DNA of 64,000 nucleotides, taken from positions 31,768,250 to 31,832,249 of the forward strand of contig NC_134026.1 in the NCBI RefSeq assembly GCF_964204645.1. The letters run 5' to 3'. This document shows positions 42,301 through 53,018 of this stretch, in pieces (position 1 is the first letter of the stretch; each line of letters begins with the position of its first letter). Source of the DNA: Tubulanus polymorphus. Taxonomy: Eukaryota; Animalia; Nemertea. A program made the position numbers and the translations under genes. The notes beneath the pieces were generated by a model, which saw only the letters and a program-made list of their open reading frames with translations, was not told where the DNA came from and did no database searches.

Positions 42301-42811
42301 CTGAGTTATATAATATCGCTACGTGTAGCGAATTACGGAAAATCGCTGGCGTTTCCAGCGATTCGGTCGCGTCAACCGCCAGTTCAGTTTGTTCGAACCG
42401 ATCGAGTAAAGTTTGACTTTTTCTCAATAATATTTCTACATCTTGACTGAGATGAGATTTTCCGCAACTTCTCGAATCTAAACTTCCTTTATCTAAAATC
42501 GACTCGTGAAGATTCACCGTGAATTTACCGTGGTGAATATCCAGCAGTTTTTTTACTATAAAAATATCATTTTCTTTAATCGCTTTTTCTAATTGATTCG
42601 CCTCGAAACTGAGATCACAAATCGATGACGCAAAACTGGGCACTCTACTGTAAAACCCTAGTGTACCGGAGGTAGGTACATATAAACAGGATGTAGATGG
42701 CGCTGCTTCCGGTACGATCAGGAACTCAACACGACTTCCGGTTTGCATGATCGCGTGATAAGGACTAGTGCTGCCCTCATACGTCGAATGAGACGGTGAC
42801 CGTGATACCAT
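18871..42811 (-). CDS. PLCE1: Phospholipase C epsilon with extended N-terminus (ANK, helical repeat, split REM, talin-like FERM F2F3, CDC25 RasGEF, PH, EF, X, Y, C2, RA1, RA2); ~40 exons, roughly 3,600-3,700 aa by hand estimate
   Basis: X box SSHNTYL and [21 protein letters not shown] (both catalytic His present); Y box [36 protein letters not shown]; C2 VISGQY..NAVNPIW; Ras[12 protein letters not shown] and [12 protein letters not shown]; two RA domains at ~20600-21810; stop TAG at 18873-18871. ATG 42811 is preceded by an in-frame stop. The join of the ankyrin exon (donor 41294) via 37778-37673 to 36434 is phase-consistent but inferred. Confidence 0.88.
19104..20160. repeat. 30-bp minisatellite (TATGAGTTATTCCCATATAAGGGTATTGTC)n in the last PLCE1 intron
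   Basis: About 35 near-identical units. Confidence 0.95.
21913..21984 (+). pseudogene. tRNA-like element (tRNA pseudogene or SINE head)
   Basis: A box TGGTCTAGTGG and B box GGTTCGAGTCC at tRNA spacing, but acceptor and anticodon stems pair poorly; followed by 3x CTAGGGTTAGGGTTA. Confidence 0.5.
29110..29698. repeat. (GAGAGG)n/(GCAGAG)n purine microsatellite in a PLCE1 intron
   Basis: Direct. Confidence 0.93.
31148..31478. repeat. C-rich compound repeat built on CCCATGTCGCAGTA
   Basis: Direct tandem periodicity with a higher-order unit. Confidence 0.85.
31792..31863 (+). tRNA. tRNA-Gln(CTG)
   Basis: GGTTCTA..TAGAACC acceptor stem, anticodon arm TTGGA-CT-CTG-AA-TCCAG, T-loop TTCGAAT, oligo-T terminator; nearly identical to animal tRNA-Gln-CTG. 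Confidence 0.96.
31935..32006 (+). tRNA. tRNA-Gln(CTG)
   Basis: Same cloverleaf, T-loop TTCGAGT, followed by TTTTT. Confidence 0.96.
35413..35655. repeat. 15-bp repeat (AACCTGTAACCCCTC)n
   Basis: Direct. Confidence 0.88.
35770..35841 (+). tRNA. tRNA-Gln(CTG)
   Basis: Same cloverleaf with a D-loop variant (GGTCAGC), T-loop TTCGAAT, oligo-T terminator. Confidence 0.95.
35913..35984 (+). tRNA. tRNA-Gln(CTG)
   Basis: Same cloverleaf, T-loop TTCGAGT, long oligo-T terminator. Confidence 0.96.
37799..38226. repeat. 50-bp minisatellite (GTTAACGGAGTGAACAGTTCGAGTGAGGCTCTGGCAGTCGAGGCCCGTCT)n
   Basis: About 8.5 units. Confidence 0.92.
39403..39770. repeat. 31-bp minisatellite (CACGGGCTTAGCGAGATAGTTACCGGGAGGA)n
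   Basis: About 12 units. Confidence 0.92.
39988..41163. repeat. 28-bp minisatellite (GACCCACAGTGCAGGTCCTGAACTAGAT)n
   Basis: About 42 units. Confidence 0.93.
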
Positions 42812-43962
42812 ATTCCTGTACTATAGGTCGTGACACATCTGAAAAAAAAACAACAACAAGATTGTATCCAGTTCGCTGACCCCTAACCCCACTGTGACTT
42901 TGACCACTCTGATGTGTTATTGTTCCCCCCTCGCCCCCCCCCATAGGAAGGAGAAACAACTGCTGATGATAGTAAAACTGAAATTAATTTGTACGACATA
43001 AAAAGGGTGGAACCCAAACGGTACTGCAATATCCAGGCACCAGACCCGACCGGGGTTTATACACGGGATACATTGTATCACACTACACGGGATACACTGT
43101 ATCCCGTGTAGTGTGATACACTGTGATACAGTGTATCACGCATCGGGATACACTGTATACGTGACTGTTATAAAGATGACTGTTATCGGTCCAGGTCGTA
43201 ATTCTTACGTTAATCCAATAAATTCAACAATCCGAATAAAACTGGCGTAAATTACAACCACTACACCGTCTCCATCTGTCGTTATGGTTACCTAGTGAGA
43301 GAATGCTATATCTACTGACACCTGGCGGGATACAGGGGTATTAACTCAGATTTACTGAGATGCTGTCAGTTTGAATTCGGTGCTACTGAGGGCAATCCTT
43401 GGGGCGATCCTGGGTCAGTCCTGGGGGCGATCCTGGGTCAGTCCTGGGGGCGATCCTGGGTCAGTCCTGGGGGCGATCCTGGGTGGCAATTCTTGGAGTC
43501 TGATGAAAAAGCCCTTAACAACTCATCAGGAACACTAAACCTTTGTAATCCAGAGAATGATAGCAGGTATTATACCTGACACCTGGTAATTATAGTTTGA
43601 CTGACCATACAAACCTCCAGACCATGTCAGTTACCATATGGTATATGGTCAAGTGGTTAGCGTGCCCGACTTGAATGCGTCAGGTCCCAGATTCGAATCC
43701 TGATATTCTCAACGATTCTTTTATTCATTCGAGTGATATGTCGCGAGTTCCATGTCAGTGGTAATCACTGGGTTCGAACCCGGGACACCCCTGTTTTCAG
43801 CATTCTAGTTGCTGTTTTGTTCAAACGTTTAACGACGGTTCGAACCCGTGTTGTTTTTATACGCGTTATGGATATAACGTTTCTACGCGTCTTGTAGCTC
43901 AAGGTTCGTTAGGAAACCCTGGAGGATGGAATTACATTACAGTAGGTCTGGTCGCGCGGTCG

Positions 43963-44122
<160 letters not shown>

Positions 44123-44446
44123 AATGGTACTGGTGATATAATAGGGCCATTACTGTAACATTGACACCATTGATTGATACTTTATTAGCGTTTACGGTAA
44201 ATTGTTTTATTTTGCGCAGTGATATACAGAGACCTCTACCCGGGGATGAGTGTCACGTGTCTGACGGTGACCTTTACCTTCGTCGCGAGTATCATCAAGA
44301 GAAAAGTAAAACATCCGTTTTACGGTGCAGGTGTTCGTACCGCAGACACCCGCAGACACCCGCCGCCAGTAACTAACCTAACAATACGACAAACAAACAT
44401 GTGTTACATCCCCCCCCCCCCCACAGAGACTATTCCCCGTTTGAGC

Positions 44447-44825
44447 CCCCGGCGGGTCACGAGGAGGAGCAGGGAGACAGTATCCCCTCCCCCTCCCCCC
44501 GGCGGGTCACGAGGAGGAGCAGGGAGACAGTATCCCCTCCCCCTCCCCCCGGCGGGTCACGAGGAGGAGCAGGGAGACAGTATCCCCCTCCCCCTCCCCC
44601 CGGCGGGTCACGAGGAAGAGCAGGGAGACAGTATCCCCCTCCCCCTCCCCCGGCGGGTCACGAGGAGGAGCAGGGAGACAGTATCCCCCCTCCCCCTCCC
44701 CCCGATGGGTCACGAGGAAGAGCAGGGAGACAGTATCCCCCTCCCCCTCCCCCGGCGGGTCACGAGGAGGAGCAGGGAGACAGTATCCCCCCTCCCCCTC
44801 CCCCCGATGGGTCACGAGGAGGAGC
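44447..44825. repeat. ~50-bp minisatellite (CCCGGCGGGTCACGAGGAGGAGCAGGGAGACAGTATCCCC..)n
   Basis: About 7 units. Confidence 0.9.
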
Positions 44826-45592
44826 TGGAGACTGATTTGATGGTTTCATTAAATCCCGGATAATCCGTTGATGTATGGTTGAATTATGTAGCGGTGATTG
44901 GCTGTAAATCTGATGTAGATTAAACACTGACCGCTAACATACAGAATTCAGATCTATTAAACTGCGTCCCGAATTAATCAGAACTCACATCCTTCACCCC
45001 GCTCAATTACTGGCGACGCATTTAAATTATACCGATACATGGAACCTATAAGCATAGGACCTGTCTGACTGATGGCGGTGTCAGTCAGTGAGAAAATCTG
45101 AATTAATTGAATTCTCTTTATTCTCTCACAGAGAGAGCGAGAGAAAGAGAGAAAGAGAGACGACTATCTCGTTTATATGAGACAGAATTGAATGCATGAA
45201 TGTTGCCTGTGGCGAATGTTGGTAAGCCATTAAATTCATCCAAGCATCTTCTCTCACTCTCTCTCACTCTCACTCTCTTTCACTCTCTCTCACTCTCACT
45301 TTCTTTCACTCTGTCCGTCTGTCTGTCTGTCTGTCTCTCCCCAATCTTACTCCTTGTCGGGGTCTCACTATACCGGTAAAACACGCAGTTTCTCTGCTGT
45401 TGCTATATACATAGTATGGCTCCATGAGTGGTGAGGTGGGTGAGGGGTGCTGGTGAGTGGTAAGGTGGGAGGTGGGTGAGGTAGTTGATGTGGTTAGTGG
45501 TGATGTGGGTGATGGGTGGGTGAGTGGTAAGGAAGGGGGTGAGCAGGGTAAGGTGGGTGAGTGGTAAGGTGGGTGAGAGGTAAGTTGGGGGT

Positions 45593-48155
45593 GATGTGGT
45601 AAAGTGGGAGGTGGGGGTGTTTGAGGTGGTTGAGAGGTGATGGTGGGTGATGTGGTAAAGTGGGAGGTGGGGGTGTTTGAGGTGGTTGAGAGGTGATGGT
45701 GGGTGATGTGGTAAAGTGGGAGGTGGGGGTGTTTGAGGTGGCTGAGAGGTGATGGTGGGTGATGTGGTAAAGTGGGAGGTTGGGATGTTTGAGGTGGTTG
45801 AGAGGTGATGGTGGGTGATGTGGTAAAGTGGGAGGTGGGGGTGTTTGAGGTGGTTGAGAGGTGATGGTGGGTGATGTGGTAAAGTGGGAGGTGGGGGTGT
45901 TTGAGGTGGTTGAGAGGTGATGGTGGGTGATGTGGTAAAGTGGGAGGTGGGGGTGTTTGAGGCGGTTGAGTGGTGATGGTGGGTGATGTGGTAAAGTGGG
46001 AGGTGGGGATGTTTGAGGCGGTTGAGAGGTGATGGTGGGTGATGTGGTAAAGTGGGAGGTGGGGGTGTTTGAGGTGGTTGAGAGGTGATGGTGGATGATG
46101 TGGTAAAGTGGGAGGTGGGGGTGTTTGAGGTGGTTGAGAGGTGATGGTGGGTGATGTGGTAAAGTGGGAGGTGGGGGTGTTTGAGGCGGTTGAGAGGTGA
46201 TGGTGGGTGATGTCGTTAAGTGGGAGGTGGGAGTGTTTGAGGTGGTTGAGAGGTGATGGTGGGTGATGTGGTAAAGTGGGAGGTGGGGGTGTTTGAGGTG
46301 GTTGAGAGGTGATGGTGGGTGATGTGGTAAAGTGGGAGGTGGGGGTGTTTGAGGTGGTTGAGAGGTGATGGTGGGTGATGTGGTAAAGTGGGAGGTGGGG
46401 GTGTTTGAGGTGGTTGAGAGGTGATGGTGGGTGATGTGGTAAAGTGGGAGGTGGGGGTGTTTGAGGCGGTTGAGAGGTGATGGTGGGTGATGTCGTTAAG
46501 TGGGAGGTGGGAGTGTTTGAGGTGGTTGAGAGGTGATGGTGGGTGATGTGGTAAAGTGGGAGGTGGGGATGTTTGAGGTGGTTGGGAGGTGATGGTGGGT
46601 GATGTGGTAAAGTGGGAGGTGGGGATGTTTGAGGCGGTTGAGAGGTGATGGTGGGTGATGTGGTAAAGTGGGAGGTGGGGGTGTTTGAGGTGGTTGAGAG
46701 GTGATGGTGGGTGATGTGGTAAAGTGGGAGGTGGGGATGTTTGAGGCGGTTGAGAGGTGATGGTGGGTGATGTGGTAAAGTGGGAGGTGGGGGTGTTTGA
46801 GGCGGTTGAGAGGTGATGGTGGGTGATGTGGTAAAGTGGGAGGTGGGGATGTTTGAGGTGGTTGGGAGGTGATGGTGGGTGATGTGGTAAAGTGGGAGGT
46901 GGGGATGTTTGAGGCGGTTGAGAGGTGATGGTGGGTGATGTGGTAAAGTGGGAGGTGGGGGTGTTTGAGGTGGTTGAGAGGTGATGGTGGGTGATGTGGT
47001 AAAGTGGGAGGTGGGGGTGTTTGAGGTGGTTGAGAGGTGATGGTGGGTGATGTGGTAAAGTGGGAGGTGGGGGTGTTTGAGGTGGTTGAGAGGTGATGGT
47101 GGGTGATGTGGTAAAGTGGGAGGTGGGGGTGTTTGAGGTGGTTGAGAGGTGATGGTGGGTGATGTGGTAAAGTGGGAGGTGGGGGTGTTTGAGGTGGTTG
47201 AGAGGTGATGGTGGGTGATGTGGTAAAGTGGGAGGTGGGGGTGTTTGAGGTGGTTGAGAGTTGATGGTGGGTGATGTGGTAAAGTGGGAGGTGGGGGTGT
47301 TTGAGGTGTTTGAGAGGTGATGGTGGGTGATGTGGTAAAGTGGGAGGTGGGGGTGTTTGAGGCGGTTGAGAGGTGATGGGGGTGATATGGTAAAGTGGGA
47401 GGTGGGGGTGTTTGAGGTGGTTGAGAGGTGATGGTGGGTGATGTGGTAAAGTGGGAGGTGGGGGTGTTTGAGGTGGTTGAGAGGTGATGGTGGGTGATGT
47501 GGTAAAGTGGGAGGTGGGGGTGTTTGAGGTGGTTGAGAGGTGATGGTGGGTGATGTGGTAAAGTGGGAGGTGGGGGTGTTTGAGGCGGTTGAGAGTTGAT
47601 GGTGGGTGATGTGGTAAAGTGGGAGGTGGGGGTGTTTGAGGTGGTTGAGAGGTGATGGTGGGTGATGTGGTAAAGTGGGAGGTGGGGGTGTTTGAGGTGG
47701 TTGAGAGGTGATGGTGGGTGATGTGGTAAAGTGGGAGGTGGGGGTGTTTGAGGTGGTTGAGAGGTGATGGTGGGTGATGTGGTAAAGTGGGAGGTGGGGG
47801 TGTTTGAGGTGGTTGAGAGTTGATGGTGGGTGATGTGGTAAAGTGGGAGGTGGGGGTGTTTGAGGCGGTTGAGAGTTGATGGTGGGTGATGTGGTAAAGT
47901 GGGAGGTGGGGGTGTTTGAGGTGGTTGAGAGGTGATGGTGGGTGATGTGGTAAAGTGGGAGGTGGGGATGTTTGAGGTGGTTGAGAGGTGATGATGGGTG
48001 ATGTGGTAAAGTGGGAGGTGGGGGTGTTTGAGGTGGTTGAGAGGTGATGGTGGGTGATGTGGTAAGGTGGGAGGTGGGGGTGTTTGAGGTGGTTGAGAGG
48101 TGATGGTGGGTGATGTGGTAAAGTGGGAGGTGGGGGTGTTTGAGGCGGTTGAGAG
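45593..48155. repeat. 56-bp G/T-rich minisatellite (GATGTGGTAAAGTGGGAGGTGGGGGTGTTTGAGGTGGTTGAGAGGTGATGGTGGGT)n
   Basis: About 45 units; extreme strand skew. Confidence 0.95.
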
Positions 48156-48982
48156 TTGAAGAGATGGTTATACACTGTAAGCTCTACTAATATGATGTGA
48201 AACCCCGAACTGAATTCATTGTGATTTGGTTGAAATGCGGCGGCACCTGAGGCTACAATGATGAGAGACACTCAATTACACGATCATCTCATATTCAGCA
48301 GCAACAGCCGCAACTATCAATTTGTCATCAATTGTAAGACAAACGGTCTAAAGTGTGGGTCAGGCGAGTGGACGGGTGGACGGTCTTACGGGCTGGCGAG
48401 CGGACGGGTGGGCGGTCTGACGGACTGGCAAGCGGACGGGTGGGCGGTCTGACGGGCTGGCGAGCATGTAGGCAAGTGACCATTACGGATGGGTTGAGCT
48501 GTGGCATTGGACGTTAATGTGGGGAAGGCTGTAGGAAGAACGGGAAGGAGGGGAGGTGGGAAGAGGGAGGAGGGGAGGTGGGAAGAGGGAGGAGGGGAGG
48601 TGGGAAGAGGGAGGATATATTTTATGTTTTAATATATTCAAGTATTGATTAGTTGAAACTGTGACTGGCGGGTGAAAAGGTGGAATATGTTTGAAACTAC
48701 AGGTGATTATAATCGGAACAGTGTTTGTTCGGAGCGGCGGCGACGACAATAGAATTGTAGTAGTAATGAATCTGTAGGGATTTCTATATTGATTCGGTGT
48801 GACGACAACTATTAACCCTTCATATGTTAAAAAAACACTGCACCAGCACCAGCACCAGCACCAGCACCAGCACCAGCACACCTGATCGTCTCAAGAGACA
48901 CGACGCAATGAACTAGATAAACCATTGCACAAATGTATTCTACTGTTTTTCGACCGGGTTCAGCTTTAAATAAGCTGCCCAT

Positions 48983-49463
48983 GAGCCTGGGGCCCAGCAC
49001 ACCGCAGTAATATCTACCCCTGGGCTGGGCGAGCCTGGGGCCCAGCACACCTCAGAAATATCTACCCCTGGGCTGGGCGAGCATGGGCCCAGCACACCTC
49101 AGTAATATCTACCCCTGGGCTGGGCGAGCCTGGGGCCCAGCACACCGCAGTAATATCTACCCCTGGGTTGGGCGAGCCTGGGGCCCAGCACACCGCAGTA
49201 ATATCTACCCCTGGGCTGGGCGAGCCTGGGGCCCAGCACACCGCAGTAATATCTACCCCTGGGCTGGGCGAGCCTGGGGCCCAGCACACCGCAGTAATAT
49301 CTATCACTGGGCAGGACGAGCCTGGGGCCCAGCACACCGCAGTAATATCTACCCCTGGGCTGGGCGAGCCTGGGGCCCAGCACACCGCAGTAATATCTAC
49401 CCCTGGGCTGGGCGAGCCTGGGGCCCAGCACACCGCAGTAATATCTACCCCTGGGCTGGGCGA
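48983..49463. repeat. 48-bp GC-rich minisatellite (GAGCCTGGGGCCCAGCACACCGCAGTAATATCTACCCCTGGGCTGGGC)n
   Basis: About 10 units. Confidence 0.92.
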
Positions 49464-50365
49464 GATATACACATTATCTCATACATTTACTGCAGTACCA
49501 CTTAAAACAATGTTCCCCGGAGCGAGAGTCTCAATCTGAGATTGGCGTAGTCTAATTTACTGCTAGCTCTCACTCAGTTCCCCGGATACTGATTGTGAGT
49601 TAATGTAGAACCTTCGAGCGACAATAGAAAATATTCATTCAAACTCCAACTACCGCCGTTCTTATATATACATATATATATATACCAGATATTAGACATT
49701 TCTAATTGAAAATGAACTACGAACACAAGATATTAGACATTTTATCAGCACACTTTCAAAAACTGATCGTCCACACTTCACATGTGTTCAGTGCTTCACC
49801 TGAGACATTTCTAATTAGAAATGAACTACAAATACCAGATATCAGACATTTTATCGGCACACTTTCACAAAAAGTGACACGGCCACGAGGTATTAAGTGA
49901 GGCTGATCCAAGCTGTCGATTGCGCTTACGCCTTCGCAGTCAATATGAAATATAATTTACAGGTTGCGGATCAGTAAAAATAATCTGATATTAATTACAC
50001 AAACACCGATACGGCGACTCACACAGAATATACAGCATTCACTGGGCGTCACCCAGAAACATGTCTAATATAGAGAGAGAGATGAATTAGGAATTTTTTA
50101 GACACCACCCAAAAATACGTAAATAACTAACTCACTACCTGAGATCATTTCATCTTATCGATAATTACTTTTTAATCGATTACAATGGAACTAATAAAGA
50201 ATTGAAGTAAATTAATTAATTAAAAGTTAAACTTACTGATTAATTGGTATTAATTGAGAATGCAGAGATAGTTTATCATAGATCCACACACGCAGTGTTA
50301 TAACGAAGCCGGTATGAGTAGAGAGAGTGAGTGATTGGAGACTGAGACCTGTCCTCCTCGCGTAC

Positions 50366-50418
<53 letters not shown>

Positions 50419-50559
50419 GTCAGCGGTACACGTTACTCCCCCCCCCCCTAACCCACCGTGACATCTACATTAAATAACGTGTATATGTGGTCGCTGCCTA
50501 ATTCTCCCCTCTCTCTCTCTCCCCTCATCCTCTCCCTCTCTCTCCCCTCACCCTCTTCC

Positions 50560-51475
50560 CCTCACACTCTCTCTCCCTTCCCCACCTCTCTCCCTCCCCC
50601 ACCTCTCTCCCTTCCCCACCTCTCTCCCTTCCCCACCTCTCTCCCTTCCGCCACCTCTCTCCCTTCCCCACCTCTCTCCCTTCCCCACCTCTCTCCCTTC
50701 CCCACCTCTCTCCCTTCCGCCACCTCTCTCCCTTCCCCACCTCTCTCCCTTCCGCCACCTCTCTCCCTTCCCCACCTCTCTCCCTTCCCCACCTCTCTCC
50801 CTTCCCCACCTCTCTCCCTTCCCCACCTCTCTCCCTTCCGCCACCTCTCTCCCTTCCCCACCTCTCTCCCTTCCGCCACCTCTCTCCCTTCCGCCACCTC
50901 TCTCCCTTCCCCACCTCTCTCCCTCCCCACCTCTCTCCCTTCCGCCACCTCTCTCCCTTCCGCCACCTCTCTCCCTTCCCCACCTCTCTCCCTTCCCCAC
51001 CTCTCTCCCTTCCGCCACCTCTCTCCCTTCCGCCACCTCTCTCCCTTCCCCACCTCTCTCCCTTCCCCACCTCTCTCCCTTCCCCACCTCTCTCCCTTCC
51101 GCCACCTCTCTCCCTTCCGCCACCTCTCTCCCTTCCGCCACCTCTCTCCCTTCCCCACCTCTCTCCCTCCCCACCTCTCTCCCTCCCCTCTCTCCCTTCC
51201 CCCACCTCTCTCCCTTCCCCCACCTCTCTCCCTTCCGCCACCTCTCTCCCTTCCCCACCTCTCTCCCTTCCGCCACCTCTCTCCCTTCCCCACCTCTCTC
51301 TCCCTTCCCCACCTCTCTCCCTTCCCCACCTCTCTCCCTTCCGCCACCTCTCTCCCTTCCGCCACCTCTCTCTCCCTTCCCCACCTCTCTCCCTCCCCAC
51401 CTCTCTCCCTCCCCACCTCTCTCCCTCCCCCACCTCTCTCCCTCCCCCACCTCTCTCCCTCCCCCACCTCTCTCT
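50560..51475. repeat. 18-19-bp polypyrimidine minisatellite (CCACCTCTCTCCCTTCC[C/G])n
   Basis: Direct. Confidence 0.92.
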
Positions 51476-52223
51476 CACCTCAGCTCTCACTCTATACGTT
51501 CCGGTATTATTATTTCAACACTACAAATCGGATTCAATTCTAAAAGAAATTATTCTTCATCTCTTCAACTGTCCCCGATTAGATTCAAAAACACGTTTGT
51601 TTTCATGCAAACAATTTCTTCTCGCGGAGAAAATTAATCTGGAAATTGTTGCGCTAGTTGATGATGCGCCGGTTGCTCTGACGACTCGTTCTCGTCTGTT
51701 ATTGTGGCGTATCATGAGAAATTTAAATCATCCGTTTAAAAAATTCATTTTTCAATTGTTGCGGAATGCCTGGTTATTGTTGGAACGAAGAAAACTCTTG
51801 CCCTGGTAAGTGAGGAGTGATAGTGTCCTTTATCGATTAAAACCGCATGAAGACATCAAGCAATGAGTATCAGTAGTTTGTACTGGAGACAAACTCATTT
51901 TCTATGAGATATGATTCGTTTGCAGAAAGCATTTTAATAATTCATCAATATTTTCCGTGAGTGAGAATCCCACAGGAAATAAATGGATATAAAATCGATG
52001 TTAGAATCGTTTTGAGGTGTCAGTCGCCTCGGGGGAATTGGGACATTTTCTGTAATAGCTCGCTTGAGATTAATCCATTAAGTATACATTTTTGGATGAT
52101 ATTTTATTCATGGTTTGAGTGTAACGGGAAAATATTTGTATCAATGATGTTTTCGATTTCAGGAAAAATTATACTATTCTGAACCAGAATTCGTTTTCGC
52201 TATCATTCATAGTACGTACTTAG

Positions 52224-52639
52224 ATTGCTCGCATACCACAGTAGGATACTCGATCTGTATCAGACTACAACCGGCAGGTGCTGCCCCTATGAATAACGTA
52301 AGCGGTATAAATGTGAACTAACTTATAATTCGCATGCCAGACACTTGACTGGAGTTGATGGCGAACTCCGGAAGATTCAAGGTATAATTTTCACTATGAA
52401 TGATTTCATAATTGCGTATTTTCAGTGATTCAGTGAGAACATCAAAATAACTTCTTGTTGGTGAAAGTCCTGGCCGCAAATTGATAATTAGTTTGTCCAC
52501 TACGTCAGTTCAAAGGTTATGTTATGGCACGCGAGTATTGCATTAGTTCACGTTTTTCCCGCTATCGTTATTCATAGGGACAGCACTAGACGGTTGAAAT
52601 CTGATAGAACCAGCTATTCCACTATGGCATGCGAGTATT
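52224..52639. mobile_element. MITE-like non-autonomous DNA element with ~115-bp diverged terminal inverted repeats
   Basis: Left arm CTCGCATACCACAGTAGGATA..GTGCTGCCCCTATGAATAACG..GTGAACTAA aligns with the reverse complement of the right arm CTCGCATGCCATAGTGGAATA..GTGCTGTCCCTATGAATAACG..GTGAACTAA; no transposase; no TSD identified. Confidence 0.6.
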
Positions 52640-53018
52640 AGGAAATATGTCTTCCTAAGTCAATTTCACTCATCATTCAACAGTATTTTGGTTTTAATCA
52701 TATAATTATCATCATCTGGAGCTTTATTTAAGGAATATTGGATTTAGATTAAAGTTCCAAGGGGAGAATGTCGGTGGGTCCTTATGATCGGTTATTTTTG
52801 GTTCGAATCCCTATTTCCGAAAAGCGCGTCCCGAATTTTCCTTCGCGGTTTATTTCATCTTAAGGTGTTTTCAGTAAAACCAGTTAGATCGATGAGGAAT
52901 CAGATCCTCAAATGTATTTTTAAAAGAATTACAATATAGCAAACAGCAACACGTAAACAAATAACAACAAAACTGATGACGTATTACACACGGGCAGTGT
53001 GTGAACCAGGAAGTAAAT

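Noticed and set aside
29776-42811. ANK + FERM exons as a KRIT1 (CCM1) ortholog next to CCM2
   Set aside because: No recognisable KRIT1 Nudix/NPAY/NPLF region; the FERM is talin-like, lacks F1, and splices in phase between REM and CDC25 of PLC-epsilon.
46496-51543. His/Pro-rich 591-aa ORF and Pro/Ser- or Gly/Arg-rich ~300-aa ORFs
   Set aside because: Translations of 56-, 48- and 18-bp tandem repeats.
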